64,000 nt of DNA from NCBI GenBank assembly GCA_963822585.1, contig CAWGIE010000019.1, positions 320,001 through 384,000 on the forward strand, in the 5' to 3' direction. Under the pieces are notes generated by a model that had not been told where the DNA came from, did not search any database, and was given only the letters and a program-made list of their open reading frames with translations. The position numbers and the translations under genes are program-made. Shown piece by piece: positions 53,212-64,000 of this stretch (its first letter is position 1; each line of letters starts with the position of its first letter). The DNA is from an uncultured bacterium (GTDB lineage: Bacteria; Auribacterota; Erginobacteria; Erginobacterales; Erginobacteraceae).

Positions 53212-55664
53212 CTATTTCCCGGTCAAGCTCTCAAGCGCATCGCGGGCCGCGGTGTAGTCCGGCTTGAGGGAGAGCGCCGTCTCCAGGTGCTCGCGGGCCT
53301 CGCTGCTCCGGCCCATTTCAATCAGCAGAAGAGCGACGGTATAGTGGGCGCGCTCCTTCCGGGGATCGATCCCGATCGCCCGCTCGCAGTGCGCGAGCGC
53401 GGCCGACACGTCCCCCTTGAGGCACAGGGTCACGCCCAGGTTGAGATGGGCGTCGGCGTAGTCCGGGTTGACCGCCAGCGCTTGCTCGTAATGGGCGATC
53501 GCGCCGTTCCAGTCGCCTTTCTGGGCCAGGAGGTTGGCGAGGTTGTTGTGCGCGTCGGCCAGGCGAGGATTGATCTCCAGCGCGCGCTCGAACTCCCGCA
53601 CTGCTTCCCCGGTCCGGCCGAGGGCGGCCAGGGCGTTGCCGAGGTTGTTGTGGGCGCCATCGCTGCCGGGCTGGAGGCGGATCGTCTCCCGGTACTGGGT
53701 GATCGCCTCCTCGTAGGCCCCCTTCCCGCCCAGGGCAAGCCCGAGATTGTAGTGGGCCTCGTCATCGTCGGGCTTGATCGCGACCACCCGGCGATAATCG
53801 GCGATCGCCTCCTCGGGGCGTCCCAGCCGCAGGAGCACGCCCGCGCGGTTGTTGTAAGCCTGGACGCATTCCGGGTCGCGGGCAAGAGCCTGCTCGAAGA
53901 GCTCCATCGCCTTGTCGGTTTTTCCGAGCTGGGCCCAGGCGATGCCCAGGTTGCTCAGGATCTCAGCCTTGCCGGGCTGGAGGCGGATCGCCTCCTCGTA
54001 CTCCCGGATGCTTGCCGGGTAGCGGCCCAGGGCGACGAAGAGCGCACCGAGGTTGTTGCGGGCCTGGAAATCTTCCGGGTCGATTTTTAGGGCGGTCCGG
54101 TATTCCCCGATCGCCGCCTCCGTCTTCCCTTCATTCGCCAGGGCGAGGGCGAGATCGTAATGCCACTTTGCCTCCGAGGGCCGATAGCCGGTGAGATCAC
54201 TGCTGCAGAGAAAGAAGATAAGCCCCAAGGCGGCACCCCAGGCCAGGGCCGCGACCGCCCGGCGGGTGAGAATGAGTTCTCCGATCCGGCAAATCCCGAA
54301 GGCGGCGAAGAGGAGAATACCCGGGAGAGCCGGGACGCGGTAGCGGGCCGCGGCGACGAAGGGGAGCATCGAGAGGAAATAGACCCCGACGAAGGCGATG
54401 ACCAGGGTTCCGGCGCTGCGCGCCTCCGCCCCCTCCGGTTTCCGGCGGCGTAAGTCGATGACGAAGAACACGGCCCCAACCAGGGCGAGCGAGAGGACAA
54501 CGGGGAAGGTAAGAGGGATGCGGCGGAGGACCGCCGAGGTCTCCCGGGCGAAGTGCGTCTCCTTGATGTTGGACACCTCCCGCGGTCCCCAGAAGAGCGC
54601 GGCCTTCTTCGCGGTCAGTTTCAGAAAATCGAGCGGGTGGGCCAGGATGAAGCGGACGGCCTCCCGGGCGTAAAGGCTCGAGGCGCGGGCCCAGCCGACT
54701 GACCCCGTCGGAAGCTCCAGTCCTTTCTCCAGCGCCTTGACCGCCTTGGGATAGTCGAAGGGAGAGGAGAAAACACCGTGGTAGGGGAGATAATGGTTGG
54801 TCCCGTCGGAGAGCGGATTGTTCCCGACCGCGAGGCTCATGCCCGCGTTGGCCGCGATCGGAACGAACTCGCCGCTGGCCAGATAGTTCCTGACGACGGC
54901 GGGGGTGATCGCCAGCGCCGTCCCGAGCAGGAAGCCCGCCAAAAGACGGCGGCCGGCGGTATTCCGGTCCGACGGGGAATGCCGCAGGACGGAGCGCCGG
55001 CGCCAGAGCCAGGCGGCCGCGACGGGCCAGAAGAGGAGAACGTTGGGGCGAAAAAGGATGGTGACTCCAAGGGCGAGCCCCGCGACCAGGCCCCGGGCCA
55101 GGCCGGCTTCTTCCCAACCGCGGATAATCAGCCAGAGAAGAAGCACGGAGAGGAAGGCCTCGAGCGAAGTCCCGAGCAGTTCCCCTTCGTAATAGATGAA
55201 GATCCAGTACAGCGCCATCAGCCCGGCATACACCACTCCCACCGCCGCGCCGAAGGGGCGGCGCGCAAAGAGAAAGGCGAGCAGGGCCGCCGCCAGCCCG
55301 ACCGTCATCTGCAGGAGCCGGGGAACAAGATAGCCGCGGCCGAAAAGGCGGTAGACAAGGGCAAGCCAGTAGGCGTAGCCGGGAGGACGGAAAAAGGGGT
55401 GGGTCCGGATCTGGGGGTCCTCGTAGTCCTTAGGGACGCTCCAGTCTCCCGTGGCGATCCCATTCGCCCAGTAGTCGTGGTAAAAGGCGTCGATGGTGGG
55501 CTGGAAGAACTGGGCTGGGAGACGATCTCGCCGAGGAAGAGAGCGCGGAGAAGCGCTCCGGCAAGCAGAACACCGGCGAGGGCGAAACACGACCAGCGGG
55601 GGATGGACGGAGAAGGAAGCGGCGCGGACCGTGGGGGTGTTTGAGTCTCAACGCTCTGGCTCAT
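53212..55664 (-). CDS. Membrane glycosyltransferase (GT39/ArnT-like) with C-terminal TPR array; frameshift near 55512
   Basis: PFFRPPGY, multiple TM helices, RYRVP, and about 9 TPRs with NNLG motifs. Confidence 0.88.
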
Positions 55665-55774
55665 AATTAATTGAGAGCAAGGACCTTGCTGTAATGGATA
55701 GAAGGGACTGCCGGCAAGGATCTCAGTTGACTCGGAGCGTGATCACGAAGAAGATCGTCCGGAAGAAAAGCCGT

Positions 55775-56401
55775 TCAGGGGGAGGGGACAACGATTGTTC
55801 CGCAGTCGACATCCCTCACATTCCCGTCCACTTTCATCGCGACCGAGCAATTCCGGCCCTGGCGGGAAACGATCACGCCGTCAATCAGTTCATCCCCCTC
55901 GGCATAGAATTTGACCACCATTCCTTCCGTGAGCGCCTGGACGCGGAAATCCTCGCGGTCCAGGACTTCATCCGGTTTTCCCGGGTCTAAATAGCGAACG
56001 GTGAACATCCCCGCGGACACATCCACGATAGCGGCGGGATACCAGTACCCGTCCTCTCCATCCGGGACCAGGATCTCGGTACCCGGGCTCAGTTCCCACG
56101 CGCCCGGGTCGAGAGCATCGGATGCCGGGGTTGGTTCGGGGACTGCCTCCGGAGAAGGGCCGGGCGGGGCGTCGCCGATATCGCCGGAGAGATCTTCCGG
56201 TGGAGAATACTCCTCCTCGGTGACCGCTTCTTCGACAATTCCCTCGGTCCCGGGAATTTCACCGGGTGGCTCCGGGGCCGGGGCGAGAATCTCGTCCGGG
56301 GCCGGGGTGAGAGTCTCGTTTTGCGCGGCGGCGGGCGAGCCCGCCGCCGGACCGATGCAAAAGAGAACCACCGCCAACATGGTCATAATTTTCATTAGCA
56401 C
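55775..56401 (-). CDS. Secreted hypothetical protein with acidic Pro-rich linker and Tudor/Agenet-like C-terminus
   Basis: Signal peptide; DGYWYPAAIV...VRYLD pattern. Confidence 0.5.
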   Translation of the reverse strand: MLMKIMTMLAVVLFCIGPAAGSPAAAQNETLTPAPDEILAPAPEPPGEIPGTEGIVEEAVTEEEYSPPEDLSGDIGDAPPGPSPEAVPEPTPASDALDPGAWELSPGTEILVPDGEDGYWYPAAIVDVSAGMFTVRYLDPGKPDEVLDREDFRVQALTEGMVVKFYAEGDELIDGVIVSRQGRNCSVAMKVDGNVRDVDCGTIVVPSP

Positions 56402-56473
56402 CTGCCGTTCGCGCTGACGCGCGACCTGTTTTGCCCTGATATTTCTGAACGGGCGACTCCTGACACTGTCTGT

Positions 56474-56932
56474 TTACCTGTATGCTTCTGAAACTTTAGG
56501 GGTTTTCGCGGAGGAAGCGGGAGGAGCGATGGTGAAAAACAGTTTTGATAATTCCTCGTCGTTGCGGATCAGAACCACCAGGTAGCTTCCGGGGGCAAGG
56601 TCTTCGGCGTGGAGGTCGCTGGCGACCTCCAGCGCCGGGGTCTCGGGTTTCTCGATAACGAGCGAGAGCACCTCCCAGTCCCCTCCCCAGACCCCTATCT
56701 CGTTTCGGAAGAAGAACTGGAAGGCGATCTGGTCCTGGAAGGGTTCATACCGGCGGTAAACCGCGCGGGCTGGTCGCCCGGCGGAGAGGGAAGTCCCGAG
56801 GCGGTTTCCGGCCGCATCGGCCAGAAAAAATTCCCATGAGACCGGGGCTTTTCGACAGGCCCCGCCAATAATAAAAAAGGGAAAGCAGCGCCATGACCGG
56901 CGCTGCTTTCCCTTTGCTGCGTTACCGGACAA
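56474..56932 (-). CDS. Hypothetical protein (N-terminus uncertain)
   Basis: Co-oriented with neighbours; LAPGSYLVVL Ig-like strand. Confidence 0.4.
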   Translation of the reverse strand: MSGNAAKGKQRRSWRCFPFFIIGGACRKAPVSWEFFLADAAGNRLGTSLSAGRPARAVYRRYEPFQDQIAFQFFFRNEIGVWGGDWEVLSLVIEKPETPALEVASDLHAEDLAPGSYLVVLIRNDEELSKLFFTIAPPASSAKTPKVSEAYR

Positions 56933-56945
56933 TTAACTCTCCGTA

Positions 56946-57955
56946 TCAATACGTGGATTTGTAAGTGTAAACATAAATGGCGTCGCTCTTGTAAGAATTA
57001 GCGACGGTGGCGTTGAGGATGACCACACAGTTCTCGTCGTTATCAGTATCGGCGGAAGCGGTCCAGTTGAAAGAGCCGGTGACCACGCGAGGACCGCTGG
57101 TGGTCCCGGCGTCGATGGCCATATACTTGTCGTGCAGGAGACCCGCATAGGCGTCCTTACGGACCGCGCAGCCCGCACTCTTGAGACTGGTGTACGTGGA
57201 CCCCGCCTGCCAGGAGTCGAAGGTCCCTGGACCGTGACTCCGGCGTTCTTGCGGGCTATCAGCGCGTTCTGGATCCCCGTGTCGGTGAAGGTGAAGATAT
57301 CGAAGTAGATGCTTTTGCTGGCGGTGGCGATTTGGGTGTTGACGGCGGTGCGGACGGCCTGCTTGGGTGAGAAGTAGGTGTAAATGGTCGAGCCGTCCAC
57401 CTTAGTGGTCCCGGAGTAGTTAACTTTGCTGGCGCTGAACGTCCCGGCGTACATCTGCAGAAACTCGTTCTTGAAGAGAGTGGCGAAGGTGGAGGAGCCG
57501 CTGAAAATGATGACATTGTTCTTGTCGGCGGTGGTCTGATCGGTAGTGAAGTTATAGGACCCGGTCAGCACCTTGGTCCCGTCCACGACGATGAACTTGT
57601 TGTGCATCAGGGCGGAGCGGCCGTCGCAGATGATCGGGATGCCGTAGCTGGCCAGAAGGTCGTAGGAATCAGCGTAGCCGGCCTTGTAGCGATAATCCGT
57701 CTCGGTTACCATCCGGACATCCACCCCCCGCTGCTTGGCGGCGATCAGAGCGTTCACGATCGAGGGCTGGTTGATGGCGTAAATGGCGACGTAGCAATAG
57801 CTCGTGGCCCCGTTAATGACCTCGCAAACCCTCGTGTCAATGTAATTGGCATTCGGGGGGTTATTGAAATACGTGGATATCGTCGCCCGTGCCGCCGGAA
57901 CAGCAATAGCGACCATCAAAATCACCACCATAACCGCAAAAACCTTCATTCTCAT
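56946..57955 (-). CDS. Secreted phospholipase D-family protein, two HKD motifs; frameshift in G-run near 57226
   Basis: Signal peptide; MHNKFIVVD..TGSYNF; second LHDKYMAID..TGSFNW..NDEN after frame correction. Confidence 0.88.
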
Positions 57956-58005
57956 AACCGCCCTCCATTGGGTTGGCATCCCGGATTGTTTACACTATTT
58001 TTAAA

Positions 58006-58022
58006 AGCAATCTCCGTGCCAA
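58006..58022 (-). promoter_or_regulatory. Sigma-54 promoter of the PLD gene
   Basis: TTGGCACGGAGATTGCT, full consensus, about 50 bp upstream of the ATG. Confidence 0.85.
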
Positions 58023-58165
58023 TGTCGCGAAAAATAGATAAATTATCATAACTCTCACTCCCGCATAATATTAATGATTACCGACTGCCGGCGAGAAGAA
58101 TTCGAGTCCCGGCATTTTGGCCCCATAACAATGGAGAGTCTCAAAAAAGGGGGGCCACTCTGGCC

Positions 58166-59544
58166 CTATTTTTTCCGGGAGGAGGGGGAGAATTTCCGGG
58201 GAGAGATCTGGTAGGATCCCAGTTTCCGCTTCAGGGACCGGAGCGGGCAGCCGAGTTCCCGGGAGGCTTTGCTGACATTGCCCCGGGTCCGGCGCAGGGC
58301 CTCTTCAATCAGGTATTTTTCCAGGATGCCGACCTTCTCTTTCAGGGAATCGCCGCCGGAGAGACAGAGCCCGACCGACGTGTCAACATCCCGTACGAAC
58401 GCGGGCAAATCTTCCCGGGAAAGACCGCCATTACCCGGTCCGGCGACGGCCACCTTGAGGACATTTTCCAACTCCCGGACATTCCCGGGCCAGTCGTAGC
58501 CAAGCAGGTAATTCATCGCCTCGGGAGTCACCTGCAATTGGTCCCGGTCCATCCGGTTCAGGAAATAGCCGACCAGGAGCGGGATGTCCTCTTTTCTCTC
58601 CCTGAGCGGCGGTACCCGCAAGCTCAGGACCTGGAGGCGGTAATACAGATCCTTTCGAAATTTCCCCGCCTTCACGGCTTCCCCGAGATCCTCGTTGGTG
58701 ACGGCGATAACCCGGATGTCTACCTTGACGGGGGTATCCCCGCCCAGGGGGTCGAATTGCTTTTCCTCCAGGGCCTGCAGAAGTTTGGCCTGAGCGAAAA
58801 GGCTCAAGGTCGCCACTTCGTCTAAAAACAGGGTACCCCCGTGAGCAGAAAGGATCTTGCCTTTTCTCTCCTGAAACGCCCCGGTAAAGGCGCCCTTATG
58901 ATGGCCGAAGAGTTCGCTTTCGAGCAGGGTCTCGGGGAGAGCGCCGCAGTTAACCACGACAAACGGGCTCTTCGCCCGGGGGCTGCCTTGATGGATGGCA
59001 CGGGAGATCAGGGACTTCACGGTCCCGGTCTCGCCCGTGATCGAGACACTGAGCTCGCTCCCGGCGGCCTTCTCGACAAACTCATAGACCGCCCGCATGG
59101 CCGGGCTTCTCCCCACTAGGCCCGGATGGGGAGAACTCACTCTCAGCTCCCGGCGCAGGGACTTCACTTCGGTGACCAGCGCGCGGTGTTGAGCAATCTT
59201 TTCCAGGATGGCGAGCAGCTCCTCCCCGTCCACGGGCTTGCTCAGATAATCGAAGGCCCCTTTTCTCATGGCGGCCACCGCGCCTGATGTTCCCGAACGA
59301 GGTCATCAGCAGCAGGGTTAAATCCGGAAAATGTTTCTGGCCTGCTCCACCAGCTCGAGGCCGCTCATCTCCGGCATCCTGACATAGGTCAGAAGGACCT
59401 GGAAGCCCCTTTTTCCAGCTTCTTCAGGGCCCGGGAAGGCAGAGACGCGGTTTCCACCTCGTATTCGGACATTTCCAAAAAAGCGCTCACGCTTTTAAGG
59501 ATGTTTTCCTCGTCGTCCACTACCAGTATTTTCAGCTTTTTCAT
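58166..59544 (-). CDS. Sigma-54-dependent NtrC-family response regulator (frameshifts near 59390 and 59285)
   Basis: KILVVDDE receiver; GETGTVKS, ESELFGHHKGAFTGA, LFLDE, WPGNVREL and Fis-type HTH. Confidence 0.9.
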
Positions 59545-59545
59545 C

Positions 59546-60850
59546 TCAGCTCCTGACCGGAAGTTCGATAGTGAATTTCGCGCCCTCCAGGGTTCGCTCT
59601 TTACGGAAATACTCCGTAATGGCATTCCACGGTGCAGTGGACCTGGGAGAGGCCGATGCCGCTTCCAGTACTCCTGGTGGTGAAAAATATGTCGAAGATG
59701 TTCTTCTGAAAGGCGGGATAGATTCTGAAGCCGTCATCCTCGAATCCAGGAGAATCCGCTCCCGAGAAGGGATGTCGCCACCCGGATGCGGCCGCCCGGC
59801 TCCACCGCTTACAGGGAATTGCGAAACAGATTAAGGATGGCGTGATGGAACTCGTCCTGGTCAGGTTTATCCTGGGCAGGTTTTGCGCCAGGGAAAGGGT
59901 TAGCTGGATTTTTTTCTGCTTCAGTTCCCCTGAGGCTTTTTATAACAAGCCCGATGAGGTTGTTGATACTGCTTTTTTAGATCCGGGAGGGAACGACGGG
60001 CAGGCCAAAAGAGATGAGACGATCCACCAGACTGATGAGCCTCTGGATTTCCGTTTTTATGATGGCCAAGCTCCCCGGCAGTATTTTTCAGCCCGTTCCC
60101 GATCTATCCCCGGGCGTAGGGATTTCTCGATCACGGCGGTGGAAAAGAAAATCGAGTTCAGAGGGTTCTTGACCGCGTGGGCTACCCCGGCCACCAGCTT
60201 GGAGGTGGCGGCCAGTTTCTCGGTCTGTTCAGCTTGAGCTGGGTTGTTTCCAGGTTGGCGATGCTTGGCGCAGTTTCGCGGTCCGTTTGGCCACGCTCTT
60301 CTCCAAAGTCCGGGCGTATTCTCGAAGTTCCCGGTAAAGACGGGCGTTTTCCAGGGCGATAGCGATGTTGCCGCAGATATGACCGAGAATCTCTTCGTCT
60401 TTTCTGCTGTAGGCGTTTTCTTTGGCTGGAGATTGAAAGTGATCACCGGTCGCGGTAAACAGAGGAAATAAGATGATAGTTTGAATGATGTATTATTTAA
60501 GTAAAGTGAGGCGCAGATATGATAAAATTTTAATTTATTTATATAGCTATAAAGTTATTTTGTAGGGAAAAAAGGTTTTAGTATTTAATTTAAATGATTA
60601 TAAGAAATTAAAGATGTTGATTTTATAGAATTATGAGTAATATAGTTATTAAGTTTAAAAGATAAGATTTAGTTTTAGAAATGATGCAAGCACCTCCTTG
60701 AGTTCGAGGCTGGAGGTTATCACTTGTTGATCTCCGAAAATGGCCAGCTGCCGGATTCGCTCACGCCCCGGCCCGGGCAATACCTTTTCCCGGCTTGCGC
60801 AAGCGCCTGACCGCTTTTAAGCGACCGCGTTCAGGTGGTAGGAAGTGAGG
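59546..60850 (-). pseudogene. Fragmented GAF-containing sensor histidine kinase
   Basis: EKLAATSKLVAGVAHAVKNPLNSI H-box; EGAKFTIELP C-terminus; VITSSLELKEVL GAF-type lead-in at about 60690-60725; many frameshifts. Confidence 0.65.
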
Positions 60851-60954
60851 CTTTCATGGATTTGAATATAGCAAGGATGGAAGATGGAAGAGGGGAGAAG
60901 CAGAAGGATATTATTAGGGTGTAAGAGAGAGAGATATTGGTTTAGTTGAGGATA

Positions 60955-61090
60955 TGGTCAGGGAACCGCACCTGATCAATGACTGGAAGGACGGCGACAG
61001 GCACCGGGCGACCTGTGTCTCCTGCAACCTCTGCGTGAAAGCGCTGGGGGAGGGGAAACCCCTGGCCTGTTACCTTGATTCCCGGTAACC
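60955..61090 (+). repeat. Diverged copy of the 3' end of the OYE gene (52969-53083)
   Basis: 115-bp match with 6 substitutions; encodes VREPHLINDWKDGDRHRATCVSCNLCVKALGEGKPLACYLDSR*. Confidence 0.9.
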
Positions 61091-61119
61091 ACCACCCGAT
61101 CACGACCTCTCCTCCGTCA

Positions 61120-61623
61120 TCAGTCCAGGGTGGTCTTTTTCAGATATTCTTCTATCCTGAGCCGGACAATATCCCAGTCACCATGCAGGGAAAAGTCGGC
61201 GATCCCGCATTCAGTGTACGCGTTCGAGTCTGTGTCCTTATCCCCCACTCCGAAGAGAACGTTGTAACGCTCCTGGAGAGAACGGATTTCCCGAATTTTA
61301 AACAGGGTGGATTCCTCGGCGGCATCTTCTTTCAAGATAAGCGCGCCGGAAGAGAAACCCCATTTTTTTAATATCCACTCCGTCTCCTCGCGCCTGTCCG
61401 TCGTCCGGGCTGATAAATAGAAGAGGGTGATCCCCCGCGATTCGATCCATTTCGTCGCCGCCGGAGCGCCGGCGAGAGGACGGGGCGGTTTGTTGGAATT
61501 AATAAGGGTTCCATCGACATCGATAACACAGGCGGGAGGTTTGATCCGTCCGCAACCGGAAATGTACAGAAAGCAACAGAGTAGAAATGCAATAACGCCG
61601 ATGTGAAAATATCTTTTGCTCAT
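61120..61623 (-). CDS. HAD-superfamily phosphatase lipoprotein
   Basis: Lipobox ISGC; DVDGTL, LSART and GVGDKDTD motifs. Confidence 0.8.
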   Translation of the reverse strand: MSKRYFHIGVIAFLLCCFLYISGCGRIKPPACVIDVDGTLINSNKPPRPLAGAPAATKWIESRGITLFYLSARTTDRREETEWILKKWGFSSGALILKEDAAEESTLFKIREIRSLQERYNVLFGVGDKDTDSNAYTECGIADFSLHGDWDIVRLRIEEYLKKTTLD

Positions 61624-61807
61624 TATATATATTAGCTTGTGGTGCTCGCTTTTTGGTAACGAGAGGACAAGGCCCATCCTCGGACTACCTGTTCATTATG
61701 GACCTCCGGCTTTTTCCGCGATATTTTGAGAGTATGCTATGTTATGCCTGTATTTTTCAGCAAAAAAAGGTCAAAATGGGGAGGAACATCAACGAAGGAG
61801 GATTCCG

Positions 61808-62338
61808 ATGAAATATTTCCTGATGGCGGTTCTGTTGGTCGTTCCGGTCCTCGCGGCTGGAGCTGGAGAATCAGACTGGAGGACTTTTACCTCGGAAGCG
61901 GGCGGTTTCACCATCCTCATGCCGGGCATCCCCACGTTCAGCGAGACCACCGATCATACCGTGGTCGGAGCGGTCGTTCAGAATCTCTACAGCCTGAAGA
62001 CGCCGCGGGCATCTTTCAGTGCCGAGTATTCAAACTTACCGGGAATCGCCACCTTCTTCGACAGCGTCGACGCCATCTACGATGACGTTAAAGAAGGGCT
62101 GTTGAAGCGGACCGGCGCCCGGTTGCTCAGTTATTACGGGATAGAGCAGGATGGGATCATGGGCAAAGAGATGGTGTACGAGATCCCGGCCGAGGAAGCT
62201 CGCCCGGGTCACCGGGAGAAGGCGCGGTTCCTGTTAAACGATGAGCGCCTCCATGTACTGGTTGTCACCCTGGGGGAGGAGGAAGAAATGGCGGCACTGG
62301 TTTCCCGTTACCTGGATTCATTCCACTTTATTAAGTAG
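61808..62338 (+). CDS. Secreted hypothetical protein
   Basis: AGGAGG RBS; signal peptide; WxxFxSxxGGFxIxMPGxP; C-terminal YLDSF. Confidence 0.7.
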   Translation: MKYFLMAVLLVVPVLAAGAGESDWRTFTSEAGGFTILMPGIPTFSETTDHTVVGAVVQNLYSLKTPRASFSAEYSNLPGIATFFDSVDAIYDDVKEGLLKRTGARLLSYYGIEQDGIMGKEMVYEIPAEEARPGHREKARFLLNDERLHVLVVTLGEEEEMAALVSRYLDSFHFIK

Positions 62339-62392
62339 CCTCCTATCGTCTCCAAGGACACGAAGACAGCCGACACGACAGGGCAAGCGATA

Positions 62393-63124
62393 TTACGCTG
62401 CGTCTCCCGAGAGGGTGTATATCTCTTCCCGCATCGTGGTCAATTTCCCGAAGCAGAGGAGAACATCCCCCAAAAGGATTTCCGTGTCCGCCGCCGGGTT
62501 GGGAATAGACTTCTTCCCCCGTTCGATAACCAGGACGGTGATACCCTGTTTCCTCATGCCCGCTTCACTCAAGGTCTTGTTCAGTACCGGGCTCGCCTTC
62601 TCAACTTCCACCCGGGAGACTCCGTAGCCGCCCGGCGCTACGAATACTTCTTCGAACGATTCCGGGATGATAATTTGTTTCTTGACCAGCTTTTTCTTAA
62701 CCAGGGCGGTGACCTTTTTGGCCAGTTTTGTGTTCGGCACAAACCGGAAAAGGGCATAAATGGCCAGGATCGAGATGACCAGGTTGATCCAGGGCAACAG
62801 GCCGGGGGGGACAACCGACCGGAGGAAGGGGAGATCAAAGTGGGAAAGAAATACATTCGGCCGCAGGGAGTTGGCAAAGGTGGCGATCATGGCCACAAAG
62901 CCGGCGTGGCCACCGATGATCAGATAGGTCGCGATTCTCCGGCGGCGGGGGCTGGCAACGACCAGTTCCGACTCCCGGGTGGTAAAACCGGTCCCGGTAA
63001 AACAGGACACCGCCTGGAACTTGGCCACGGTCCATTCCATCCCGGTCAGGTTGAAGGCGACGGCGCCGATCCGGACGACAACAAGTGAAACAACGATTGT
63101 TACAAGAAAGAGAAGGACATTCAT
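62393..63124 (-). CDS. Membrane protein with TrkA-C (RCK-C) domain
   Basis: FQAVSCFTGTGFTTRESE pore-loop-like motif; VLVIERG..IPNP..GDVLLCFG. Confidence 0.85.
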   Translation of the reverse strand: MNVLLFLVTIVVSLVVVRIGAVAFNLTGMEWTVAKFQAVSCFTGTGFTTRESELVVASPRRRRIATYLIIGGHAGFVAMIATFANSLRPNVFLSHFDLPFLRSVVPPGLLPWINLVISILAIYALFRFVPNTKLAKKVTALVKKKLVKKQIIIPESFEEVFVAPGGYGVSRVEVEKASPVLNKTLSEAGMRKQGITVLVIERGKKSIPNPAADTEILLGDVLLCFGKLTTMREEIYTLSGDAA

Positions 63125-63196
63125 AAGATATTCCCTTTGCGGTTATCCACTCTCCGATAAATGGAAATTCAATTAATCAACAACAGACAATAATAT

Positions 63197-63362
63197 GAAT
63201 GACGAAATTCGAATGACGAATGACTAATGAAATCCAAATGATGAATGAACAAATTCCCTATTTCCCTCCTGGTAAGCGGCACGGGCCACCTGAGCTCATT
63301 TGGTTATTCAATATTAGTTTTTCGTCATTCTTTCGGCATTCGTCATTCGGATTTCGTCATTA
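63197..63362. repeat. AATGACG/CGTCATT imperfect palindrome
   Basis: AATGACGAAATTCGAATGACGAATGA ... TTCGTCATTCGGATTTCGTCATT. Confidence 0.7.
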
Positions 63363-63382
63363 ATAGCGCTGAAGGCGCTCAT

Positions 63383-64000
63383 TTACCGGGTGACCGGGAT
63401 ATCCCCGGTGCTCCCGTAGTAATAGCGGTTACCCAGTCGGATGGCCCAGAGGCCGGAACTTTCCCGGAAGACGGCGATGTCGTCACCGAAATCCCCCTGA
63501 TAATTGGCCGGAACCGGCTGATCCGAGGGGCCACCGAAGTAGAACCGGGCTACACTGGGAAGGGCGATGGCCCACAGACCGCTGGAGGGCCGGTAGATGG
63601 CCGCGTTCCATTCGCCGGCATCATTGTAATCTCCGGGAACGGGGATATCGCCGCTCTGGCCGAAATAGAGCCGGGTCGAGGTATCCCGGAGAGCCCAGAG
63701 GCCGGTTGCCGGACGGAAGATGGCGGCATAGTATGAATCAGAGATTAAGAAATATTTCCCCGGGACCGGTTGATCGGCCGCGCTGCCGAAATAGAAGCGG
63801 CTTAACCCGTTGAGGGCCCAGAGTCCGAGGGAAGGGCGAAAGACGGCGATGTCGGTGACCCAGTCGCCGTCATAATCGGAGGGGACCGGAATATCGCCGG
63901 AGGCGCCGAAATAACGGCGGCTGATCCCGCGAACCGCCCAGAGACCGAGTGAAGGGCGGAAGATGGCGATGTCGGTGGTCAAATCGCCGTCATAGTCTCC
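63383..64000 (-). CDS. C-terminal DxDGD/FRPxxGLW repeat domain of a larger protein (start outside the window)
   Basis: Repeats DYDGDxxxDIAxFRPSxGLW; ends GDIPVTR*, like the C25 protein (GDLPVTR*). Confidence 0.85.
   Translation of the reverse strand, partial: GDYDGDLTTDIAIFRPSLGLWAVRGISRRYFGASGDIPVPSDYDGDWVTDIAVFRPSLGLWALNGLSRFYFGSAADQPVPGKYFLISDSYYAAIFRPATGLWALRDTSTRLYFGQSGDIPVPGDYNDAGEWNAAIYRPSSGLWAIALPSVARFYFGGPSDQPVPANYQGDFGDDIAVFRESSGLWAIRLGNRYYYGSTGDIPVTR

Noticed and set aside
53106..60954. Prophage or ICE between the OYE direct repeats
   Set aside because: No integrase, transposase, phage or conjugation genes are visible.

Overview
GC-rich bacterial chromosomal window from a probable anaerobic diderm; lineage cannot be fixed from sequence alone. 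The left half carries housekeeping and envelope genes: a DUF481-type outer-membrane protein, mscS, glnA-gltB-gltD, a parvulin PPIase, a UDP-sugar dehydrogenase, two porins, upp and argF. It also holds a complete 2040-bp group II intron inserted into a dispersed intergenic repeat and a 2412-aa gingipain-like (C25) protease with three near-identical LamG repeats. The middle carries an ArsR/DUF302/MMPL/LolA-like/OMP module and a decayed XRE-ImmA/IrrE plus PIN pair. The strongest candidate for an undescribed system is at 41.6-46.7 kb: eleven phased 18-bp GAC-N6-GTC palindromes directly upstream of tetR, followed by a tightly coupled operon for an AdoMetDC-like pyruvoyl enzyme, a GNAT, an ATP-grasp ligase and a PLP decarboxylase, with no aminopropyltransferase. 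The right half has a Moco/Tuco RNA motif before tupABC, an old-yellow-enzyme gene whose 3' end recurs 8 kb away, a TPR glycosyltransferase, and a kinase/NtrC/sigma-54/PLD module. Many genes beyond about 37 kb carry single-base frameshifts, several in homopolymers, which are probably sequencing errors.
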